From: Candidatus Tayloriibacteriota bacterium | GTDB lineage: Bacteria > Patescibacteriota > Minisyncoccia > Phycocordibacterales > SIBU01 | Reading direction: 5' to 3' | Assembly (NCBI GenBank): GCA_009695005.1 | Contig: SIBU01000001.1 | Coordinates: 77 to 64,076, forward strand | DNA: 64,000 bases | Part shown: in pieces, positions 7,829 through 16,400 of the stretch | Layout: every line of letters begins with the position of its first letter | How positions within the stretch are numbered: the first letter of the stretch is position 1 | The notes under the pieces: generated by a model | Databases searched by the model: none | Told to the model about the DNA's origin: nothing | What the model saw: the letters and a program-made list of their open reading frames with translations, nothing else | Made by a program: the position numbers and the translations under genes

Positions 7829-9721
7829 ATGTTTAAGAAATTAAAAAAAACAAAGTCGGAAATCGAGAAGTTTGAGTTTCTTTCGGTTGGTTGTAAAGGT
7901 AAAAAGACTATCCTGCTCCGCAGGAAAACAATTTTGGATAAACAAATTATTGTTTTAAGTACAAGTAAGGATGGTGTAAAATTTTCTGAGCGCACAAAGG
8001 AAGTAGTTATTAAAAATAAAGATCGAAGTAAAGAGGACGTTTCGTTGTGTTCGAATTTTCGTTTGGCTGAGAATGAAGGTGGACTTTTTATGACTTACGT
8101 TTTTCACGAAAAGGCTGGTAAAAAACTTCATTACGCAACGTCAAAAGATGGAGAAACCTGGCATGTTCAAGGTAAGATAAAAGATGTGGGTTTTCCAGCC
8201 AGTGCTTTTTTTGGACCGATTTCTGCTTTGTATTTTGGATCTGGAACTCTTCATGCCGCCATTTCTAAAAATCTGAAAACCTGGACAATCGAAAAACCTT
8301 CCCATGTTCCTTATTGGCATTTTTCAGATGGACGACCAGTGCAGGTTATAGGCACTGTTGTGGTTCCAGAAGGTATCGCTGTATTTTATAAGGTTAATGC
8401 GATGCATGATATTTTTACCGATGTAAACTTGAGAAATGAGAAAGTGGGTGAAAAGCATTTTGTAAAAATTGGAGCGGCTCTTTTTTCGGCATATAATCCA
8501 CTTCATTTGCTTTGGCAAAGCGAAGTACCGATTGCCGAGTTAGACTTACAAAAGGGTCAAGAGGCAACGTTCCTGGGAATTGTGCCTGTTTTGACCTTAG
8601 TAGGAAAGAGAAAGTTAAGAATATATGTCGTTAAAGTTCCTGGCGAGGTAGGCTTTATTGAATTTAGTGAAGAAATTTTGGCTAATCACTATAAGCATAA
8701 ACCCGTAATGTTAAACAAATCAGAGGACAATCCAATTATTTGCCCAACTTTAAATGACTGGGAAAATCAGGGAACATTTAATCCTGCTGCGATTCAATTG
8801 GATAATAAAGTTCATTTTGTATATCGGGCTGTAGGTGAAGATGGGACTTCACGTTTTGGATATGCTTCATCAAGTAACGGTTCTTTTGTGGACGAACGTC
8901 AAAATTTCCCCGTTTACACTGCGAGAAAACCTTTCGAAAAATTGCCAGACGGAAAAATATTGAATTTTAATCAGAGCATGTTTGGTTCCGGAGGAAGTTG
9001 GGGAGGATGTGAGGACCCAAAATTAACCAGAATTGATGATCGAATTTATATGACTTATGTGGCGCATGTTGGTACTTGGCCAATGCGTACGGCTTTAACT
9101 TCAATCAGTGTAAAAGATTTTAAGAATAAACGTTGGAACTGGACCACTCCAATGCTTATGTCGGCTCCCAATGTTGGAAGTAAAAGTGTTGTTATTTTGC
9201 CAGAAAAAGTAAAAGGGAATTATGTGATTTTTCATAGAATTTGGCCTAATATAATTGTTGATTTTGTTCCGGAATTGGTTTTTGGAGAGGGGATAAGGTG
9301 GCTTGGGAGTAAGGGACATATTCCTCCACGACATTCATTTTGGGATAGTCAAAAACTTAGCATGGGTTCGGCTCCGATTAAAACTAACAAGGGTTGGCTT
9401 TCGATTTATAACGCAGTCGATAGAATGGATTCCTCTCGATATAAAATTGGTGCAATGTTACTTTCGTTGAGTGACCCAAGGAAAGTGATAGCGAGAACCA
9501 GAAAACCGATTCTTTCCCCTGACGAATGGTATGAAAATGACGGCAAACCGGGAATTGCATATCCAAGTGGAGCCGTACTTCAAGATGATATACTTTATGT
9601 TTATTATGGTGGAGCAGACAAGGTGAGTTGTTTGGCAACATTTCCAATTGACCAGTTACTTTGGAGTTTGGAAAAAGATGTTGAGCTAAATTGTACTCTG
9701 ACTCCAATTTTCATTAAATAA
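7829..9721 (+). CDS. GH130-family glycoside phosphorylase/hydrolase with an extra N-terminal beta-propeller-like half
   Basis: C-terminal half: TFNPAAI, YRAVGEDGTSRFGYASS, GGCEDPKLTRI..YMTYVA, ILPEKVKGNYVIFHRI, GAMLLSLSDPRKV...YYGGADK. N-terminal half has repeated SKDG..W blade-like motifs but no GCEDP motif. Confidence 0.75.
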   Translation: MFKKLKKTKSEIEKFEFLSVGCKGKKTILLRRKTILDKQIIVLSTSKDGVKFSERTKEVVIKNKDRSKEDVSLCSNFRLAENEGGLFMTYVFHEKAGKKLHYATSKDGETWHVQGKIKDVGFPASAFFGPISALYFGSGTLHAAISKNLKTWTIEKPSHVPYWHFSDGRPVQVIGTVVVPEGIAVFYKVNAMHDIFTDVNLRNEKVGEKHFVKIGAALFSAYNPLHLLWQSEVPIAELDLQKGQEATFLGIVPVLTLVGKRKLRIYVVKVPGEVGFIEFSEEILANHYKHKPVMLNKSEDNPIICPTLNDWENQGTFNPAAIQLDNKVHFVYRAVGEDGTSRFGYASSSNGSFVDERQNFPVYTARKPFEKLPDGKILNFNQSMFGSGGSWGGCEDPKLTRIDDRIYMTYVAHVGTWPMRTALTSISVKDFKNKRWNWTTPMLMSAPNVGSKSVVILPEKVKGNYVIFHRIWPNIIVDFVPELVFGEGIRWLGSKGHIPPRHSFWDSQKLSMGSAPIKTNKGWLSIYNAVDRMDSSRYKIGAMLLSLSDPRKVIARTRKPILSPDEWYENDGKPGIAYPSGAVLQDDILYVYYGGADKVSCLATFPIDQLLWSLEKDVELNCTLTPIFIK

Positions 9722-9728
9722 TTAAAAT

Positions 9729-11663
9729 ATGTTTGTTGTAAAAAGATCGCGTCATAATCCTGTGTTGGTGCCAAGTCACGAGCGTTTTTGGGAGGCTTTT
9801 GCTACCTTCAATCTTTCACCACATAAATTTGGTAAAGGAATGATTGCTCTTTATCGAGCAGTCTCGTTGCCGGATTCGTTGCAAAATCCGAGCCAGATTT
9901 CCATTATCGGCAGAGCAAAAAGTTTGGATGGCAGCAACTTCACGGAGAGAGCTTCGTTTATCGAACCTAAGATGGAATGGGAAAGGTTTGGTTGCGAAGA
10001 TCCACGCGTGACTTATTTTGAGGGTAATTATTACACTTTTTATACTGCCCTTTCACATTTTCCTTTTTGTGCTGAAGGAATAAAGGTTGCGGTGGCTGTA
10101 TCGAAAGATTTAAAAAAAGTTTCTGAACGTCATTTGGTCACTCCGTTTAATGCCAAGGCAATGGCACTTTTTCCCGAAAGAATTGGAGGTAAAATTACAG
10201 TAATTCTCTCAGCACATACCGATTCGCCTCCTGCCAAAATGGCAATTGCCCAAGTTGATTCAATGGATGAATTATGGTCTGAGGAATTTTGGGAAAAATG
10301 GCATGCGCAAATCGATACTCACACTTTGGATCCGAGAAGGAACGACAGTGAGCACGTTGAAGTTGGAGCCGTGCCAATTAAAACCAAGCACGGCTGGCTT
10401 CTAATATATTCCCACATTCAAAATTATTTTCCATCCTCGGAGCATTTTGACCGTGTTTTCGGTATCGAAGCTGTTCTTTTGGATTTGAACGACCCGCGTA
10501 AAATTATTGGACGGACTCATGGACCTTTACTTTTTCCTGAAGAGCCGTATGAAATGTCTGGTTACGTAGCAAATGTTATTTTTCCTTCAGGTGCGATTGT
10601 TATTAAAAATACTTTAGTAATCTATTATGGTGCTGCCGATACAACGGTTTGTAAGGCGAGAGTTAATCTTACGGATCTTATTTCAAGTATGGCTTCAGGA
10701 ACTTCAGAGAAGTTTAAATTTAAACGTTATACCGGCAACCCTATTATTTCTCCCAACCCCTCTAATTCTTGGGAGTCAGTCGCAACTTTTAACCCCGCGG
10801 CTATAGAACTCAATAAAAAAATTCGTCTACTTTACCGAGCTTCATCTTCGGATAACACTTCCAGTATTGGTTATGCGGTATCAGAGGACGGTTTGACGAT
10901 AAGTGAGCGTTTGGTGGATCCGATTTATGTACCAAGAGAATCTTTTGAAAGCAAAAAAATCCCTAACACTAATTCCGGTTGTGAGGACCCACGTCTTACA
11001 AAAATCGGTAGTAAGTTGTATATGTGTTATACGGCTTTTGATGGAATTGGCCCAGCAAGAGCGGCGATAACCTCGATAGAAGTAAAGGATTTTCTTGCTC
11101 GAAAATTTAATTGGGAAAAGCCTTTTCTTGTTACTCCTCCAGGTGTAGATGATAAGGATACCTGTATTCTTCCCAGAAAATTTAATAATAAGTATTTGAT
11201 TTTTCACCGCATTGGTAGTGATATTTGTGCCGATTATCTGGATACTTTAGATTTCAAAAAGCATGAAATGGTTAATAAGTGCATAAAAGTACTGGGTCCG
11301 CGGGTCGGCAATTGGGATACTGGTAAGGTTGGAATCAGCGCGCCCCCTATAGAAACATCGAAGGGGTGGTTATTGCTGTATCATGCATCCTCTAAAAATG
11401 ATCATGTTTATCGCGTTGGAGCGGTACTTTTAGATAAGAAAGATCCGACAGTTTTGCTTGCGCGTTCAACCGATCCGATATTTGAACCAGAGGAGATTTA
11501 CGAAAAAGAGGGAATCGTAAACAATGTTGTATTTCCATGTGGAGCCGTTGTTCGAAATGGATTGGTATATATATATTATGGAGGAGCCGATCGAGTGACT
11601 GGTGTGGCTACGATGAAGCTTTCGATTGTTTTAAAGGCTCTTGTAAATGCAATAAAATATTAG
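9729..11663 (+). CDS. Tandem double GH130 module protein
   Basis: Two complete GH130 motif sets in one ORF. First set: FGCEDPRVTYF..YTFYTA, EAVLLDLNDPRKI, YYGAADT. Second set: SGCEDPRLTKI..YMCYTA, ILPRKFNNKYLIFHRI, GAVLLDKKDPTV, YYGGADR. Confidence 0.8.
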   Translation: MFVVKRSRHNPVLVPSHERFWEAFATFNLSPHKFGKGMIALYRAVSLPDSLQNPSQISIIGRAKSLDGSNFTERASFIEPKMEWERFGCEDPRVTYFEGNYYTFYTALSHFPFCAEGIKVAVAVSKDLKKVSERHLVTPFNAKAMALFPERIGGKITVILSAHTDSPPAKMAIAQVDSMDELWSEEFWEKWHAQIDTHTLDPRRNDSEHVEVGAVPIKTKHGWLLIYSHIQNYFPSSEHFDRVFGIEAVLLDLNDPRKIIGRTHGPLLFPEEPYEMSGYVANVIFPSGAIVIKNTLVIYYGAADTTVCKARVNLTDLISSMASGTSEKFKFKRYTGNPIISPNPSNSWESVATFNPAAIELNKKIRLLYRASSSDNTSSIGYAVSEDGLTISERLVDPIYVPRESFESKKIPNTNSGCEDPRLTKIGSKLYMCYTAFDGIGPARAAITSIEVKDFLARKFNWEKPFLVTPPGVDDKDTCILPRKFNNKYLIFHRIGSDICADYLDTLDFKKHEMVNKCIKVLGPRVGNWDTGKVGISAPPIETSKGWLLLYHASSKNDHVYRVGAVLLDKKDPTVLLARSTDPIFEPEEIYEKEGIVNNVVFPCGAVVRNGLVYIYYGGADRVTGVATMKLSIVLKALVNAIKY

Positions 11664-11673
11664 TTTGGTTTGT

Positions 11674-12384
11674 TCAAAATTTTCTTTGAGCGTATATCGA
11701 CATACTTCGACGTTTGAACGCCTGACCTCGGCGTAAGTGGGAGTGTGACTTTGTGATTTTAAGAATATCGAAATTCTCATCGAGTAATTTGGAAATTTCA
11801 TTTTCGGTGTACACGTGCTCGGCAACTCCTATTTTTGGATGTATGTATGAACCACTTTCCCCAGCTGGGCTTTCTTTGAGCAGTCTTTCCGCATGTTCAT
11901 CTTCGTCACGTAAAAATGTTTTCCAAAAAAACCATCCTCCTGGTTTTAGGACACGAGAAATTTCAGTTAATAGACTTTTTCTTTCACTTTCATTTAGAAA
12001 ATGTGAGGTCATCATGTCAAGAACAAAATTTTGGGATTTTTCAGGAATATTGATTTGTCCGGCGATGCTTCTTGTTTGGTATTCAATTGACAAATCTTCG
12101 CTTAATTTTTTTGCCAAAAGAATGGCTTCCTCGGATATATCAAAACCTAAACCGCGCATGCCAAAATTTTTGGAAAGATATATAAGGTTTCGTCCATTGC
12201 CACATCCAAGGTCTAGTACCGATGATTTTATGTTTAAATATTCTTTTCCAGATTCACGTTCCAACCATCTTGTGAATTTAATCAAATCCTCGCTTGGATT
12301 TTCCGAAAGCGCAAGGTGATTCCCACCCCTATACTCCTTGTTCCAAAATTCTTGACCCGCTCCACTGTTTCGACTTCTTTTCAT
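11674..12384 (-). CDS. Class I SAM-dependent methyltransferase
   Basis: VLDLGCGNGRN (motif I), followed by GFDISEEA and LKPGGWFF. ATG at 12384, preceded by TACTAT and 6 nt, is preferred over TTG at 12402. Confidence 0.8.
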   Translation of the reverse strand: MKRSRNSGAGQEFWNKEYRGGNHLALSENPSEDLIKFTRWLERESGKEYLNIKSSVLDLGCGNGRNLIYLSKNFGMRGLGFDISEEAILLAKKLSEDLSIEYQTRSIAGQINIPEKSQNFVLDMMTSHFLNESERKSLLTEISRVLKPGGWFFWKTFLRDEDEHAERLLKESPAGESGSYIHPKIGVAEHVYTENEISKLLDENFDILKITKSHSHLRRGQAFKRRSMSIYAQRKF

Positions 12385-12449
12385 TGCGATATAGTACAAC
12401 AAAGGTGGAATTCTCGCATCCTTTACGATCTTCGAGTATACTCCTTAGA

Positions 12450-13199
12450 ATGACAGACAGAATATACATATATGGCAAGCATGCACTAAAGGAGGCACTC
12501 ATCTTTGCTCCGGACGTGCTCGAAGAGGTGTTTCTTGCGAAGCATTTTGACGATACAGAGATTCTTGACCTTATTAGGAGTCACAGTATCAATTTGAGCG
12601 CCAAGATGCCTAGGGAAGTTGGGGACGGTGTAGTTCATCAAGGAATTGTTGGGATGGTTTCGCTTTCCAAGTTAATGCAAGATTACTCTGAATTCGCGGA
12701 TCAACTCGCTGTGGAACCAAGCACATCGCTCGTACTTTTGGATGAACTGCAGGACCCGCAAAATGTTGGGGCTGTGATCCGAAATGCATCGGCATTTGGT
12801 ATTTCAGGTGTACTTATTCCGGAACATAATCAAGCGCAGGTAACAGGTGCTGTTGTTAAGGTTTCAGCGGGGATGGCTTTCAAGATTCCTTTGGTTAAAA
12901 TCGGTAATATCAACACTGTAATTAGAGATTTGAAGGACCGAGGTTTTGCGGTTTATGGATTATCTGCCAACGCAAAATACACAGTAACTAAAGAAGAATT
13001 TGACATGCCCACACTTTTTGTGTTGGGAAGTGAAGGCGAAGGCATTAGACAAAAAACTTTTGAATTGTGCGATAAAGTGCTTTCGATACCGATTAATCCG
13101 AAATGTGAATCTTTGAACGCTGCCGCATCTGCCTCAATTGCCATGTACACTTGGAGCACTAAACATCCTGAAGCTCTTAAGATAAATAAAATTAAATAA
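12450..13199 (+). CDS. SpoU/TrmH-family RNA 2'-O-methyltransferase (RlmB-like)
   Basis: IYGKHALKEAL N-terminal domain. SpoU motifs LDELQDPQNVGAVIRNASAFG, FVLGSEGEGI and SLNAAASASIAMY. The ORF-track start at 12294 lies inside the convergent methyltransferase gene, so ATG 12450 is used. Confidence 0.8.
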   Translation: MTDRIYIYGKHALKEALIFAPDVLEEVFLAKHFDDTEILDLIRSHSINLSAKMPREVGDGVVHQGIVGMVSLSKLMQDYSEFADQLAVEPSTSLVLLDELQDPQNVGAVIRNASAFGISGVLIPEHNQAQVTGAVVKVSAGMAFKIPLVKIGNINTVIRDLKDRGFAVYGLSANAKYTVTKEEFDMPTLFVLGSEGEGIRQKTFELCDKVLSIPINPKCESLNAAASASIAMYTWSTKHPEALKINKIK

Positions 13200-13435
13200 T
13201 AAGTTGGTTCTAGTCGAGGAAGTATTTAGTGTTGAAACATAAGCCTTTTCTTGTTGTCCTTTATGTCCTATTGTTGTCTTTTAAAGTCAGTTTTAATTTA
13301 CTAAGTAATTTTACTTTTAGGGTGAAAATATCATTCATTCCCTTGTATTGTATTCTGTGTTTAATTGCGTTAACGCTCCACCTCTCTGTGTTAATCTCAA
13401 TTTTACAGATGCATCGTTTCTGTTCTGGTATTTTT

Positions 13436-16400
13436 ATGAACTTGAAAATAAGTTTTTATAATGAATGTGTAAGAAATAAATATAAACTGATTAGCCTTTT
13501 TTTGGGAGTCACTCTTTTTTTTGCTGGATATTTGAATGTTTTTGGTTTGGCTCCGGTTGTCTCAGGAGTTTCTATAAGTTCAGATGGTGTCAGGTCAGGG
13601 TTCGCCAAGATTAATGATCAGGTAACTCTCTCATTCATTTCGGATACTGTACTTGATTTTTCTCCAGTAGTTTCAATAAACGGTACAACTACTGGTGTAA
13701 CTTTGTTTAGTCCTTCAGGAAATAGTTGGGTTGCTACTAAGGCCATGACTGCTATTGATGCGACTGGAACTTTGCCTTTTTTTCAAATTGTGACCGCTTC
13801 GACAACTGATGGTGTGCCGTATTTTTCAACTACAACCATGACGGCCGATAATTCAAGCATCATCTTTGATCCGGAATCTCCGATTTTGGTTTCGGCTAAG
13901 CTTACGGGGGGTAATGAAGTAACTTTGAATTTCTCAGAACCTGTATCGGCAGTTACGGAAGATTTTTATGGCATTACTCTTTCTCCGGGTGGAATGAGAA
14001 ATGTTATTAGCATTTCTACGACTACTAATTCATATATTGTAAATTTCGATGGTTTGATCGCCTCAACTAGTGCTGTTGGAATAATTTCTATCGGTGGAGG
14101 TATTTCTGATTTGGCAGGAAATACTTTTTTGGCTACAACAACCAGTGTAGCTGATGGTCAACCTCCAGGATCTCCGGGGACGCCTGTTAAAAGCTTTGGA
14201 GGTAGTACTGCCAATTTTTCAATCGAGTCGGGAGGTTTCTCTGTTACTGTACCTTTAGTAGATAGTGATGCGGTAGTTGGTGATAGTTTGGACTTGAGAC
14301 TTAATGGCAATGGACAAATTGAAGGACTCGCACCTCATGTAATTTCAGTTCAGGATTTAGTTTCAGGTAGTGTGGTTTTTCCAATTTTACATGGTCAACT
14401 TGGTTTAGATGGTCAAAAGGAGATTGTTGCGAAAGTGACGGATGTTGCCGGGAATATTGGTCCTTCTGGACCAGCGCTAATGTTTGCCTTGGATGTTTCA
14501 ATACCAATAATCTCTTCAGCAAAAATTTCGGGGGGTAATCAGCTTACAATCTCATTTAGCAAACCTGTTCAAGTTGTTTTGTCGGATTTTTCTAATTTTA
14601 TAGCCGGTTCCTTGGGTGCTCGAGCATTATCTTCGGTTTCCGGTTCAGGTTCATCTGTCATTTCTCTTTCTTTTTCCGGCACATCTGTATCAAGTATTGC
14701 TACTGGGACGGTTTCGGTTGATGGAAGTATCTTGGATCTTTCTGGAAATAATTTTTTATCTACAACCACGTTAATTTCTGATGGCCAAGGTCCCTCTGTC
14801 ACATTTGATTATTCAAAAAATCCTACTCATCCGGGATATACGGAAATTATAACAGCAACCTTTGATGAATCAATTGCCGACTCGCCTTTACCGAAAATTT
14901 CTCTTTCAGGCTCCAATATTGTCGGTCCTACTGAAATGACAAAAGTTGACGATACTCACTATACTTTTTCTTATATAGTTGATGCTGGCAACGGAACAAC
15001 TACTTCGATGGTTTCCGATGTTCTGGATTTGGCTGGTAATGCTATTGGTAACTTAGTTTCCAACGAAAGTTTTTTTATTGATGGTATTAGGCCATTGGCT
15101 ACGATTAGTTTTTCCAAAGAGGAGGAAAAATCCGGTAATACTGTAACTATTTCAATAGTGACGGATGAGCCTATAGCGGATTCTCCAACATTGAAGATTT
15201 CTATGGAAGGAGGAAATAATTTTGCTCACGAGGTGGCTACTAAGGTTGATAGTACACATTACTTTTTCGAATACACTGTTCAATCTGGAGGTGGGAGTAT
15301 TGCAGTTTATTTGGAGGGGGCAACTGATTTGGCGGGAAATGTGATTAATCCCACACCTACTTTAGAAAATAATTTTACAATAGATAATATTGAGCCATCG
15401 ATTTTAATTTCAAATCCAGACTCCAGCTTTTCACTGTCAAAGGAAGTAACGGCCACTTCTCCGGACGGTGTTTTGAGTTGGCGATTAACCGAAAGCGGAG
15501 TGTGTGATGGTGGTGCTAAGGATTTTATTCCTTATGTACCAGCGGTCTTTACCTCAGAGTCTGATAATGGTAAACAAGTTTGTTATAAAGCTTTAGACGC
15601 GGTTGGCAACACCACGTATGCCACTTCAAATCAAATTGAAGGCATTGATCGAACACCACCTGTGGTAATCTCGGTAACCATTTCTCCAAATGAAGGTCGT
15701 GTGAAAATAAACGATATTGTTACGCTAAATATCACCGCCGATATCTCTGGGTATAGTGCTGGAGAAATAACTATCAATGGGGTTCCGGTAGGTAATTTCT
15801 ATGATTTAGGTCTAGGTGACGGTACATATGTTGCAAGTTATGTTGTTACTGAAGGGGAGACTGACCGCGAAAGCGGTACGTTACCCGTAAGTGTTGTTTT
15901 GTCTGATGCTACCGGTAATCTAAGTTCTCCATATACCACTCCTGAATCAAATACTTTGTCGGTTGATGCAAATATGCCGGAAATTGTATTCGCCAAAACA
16001 ATTTCAACAACTACTATTAACCTTGTTTTCTCTGAGGACCTTGATGGCACTACATTTTCTAGTGAAGGTTCAAGTTTCAGTGTAGAGGGGTTTAATGTTA
16101 TTGAAGCTTCGAAAATTTCCGATAAAGAGCTCAATCTTATAATTAGTAGTGGTATGAATACCGGGGACACCCCTCTTGTGAGTTTCGGAGGGTCAATCAG
16201 GGATCTTGCAGGAAATATTGTTCATGATTTTGTGGCAGTTGTGCCTTTAGACGGGGTATCTCCTATAATTTCCGAAAGTTCTCCCGTACCCGTTGAGGTG
16301 AATGACGTTACTCCTGACTATACTTTTTTTTCTAGTGAGAGCGGAACGATTACTTATTTGGGTGACTGTACTGCCACTACAACTTCCACTGTTTTTGGTT

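Noticed and set aside
11753-12319. 188-aa plus-strand ORF
   Set aside because: It is antisense to the methyltransferase, which has a clear SAM-binding motif. The composition is Ser/Phe-rich and shadow-like.
12294-12449. 5' extensions offered by the ORF track: rlmB-like from 12294, giant protein from 13229, rnhB from 36314, trmD from 49108, metK from 51257, rnr from 46984, cupin from 7440, AraC from 43635
   Set aside because: The extensions use non-ATG starts, overlap convergent or divergent genes, or run through terminators or the riboswitch. Internal ATGs give N-termini that match the family patterns.
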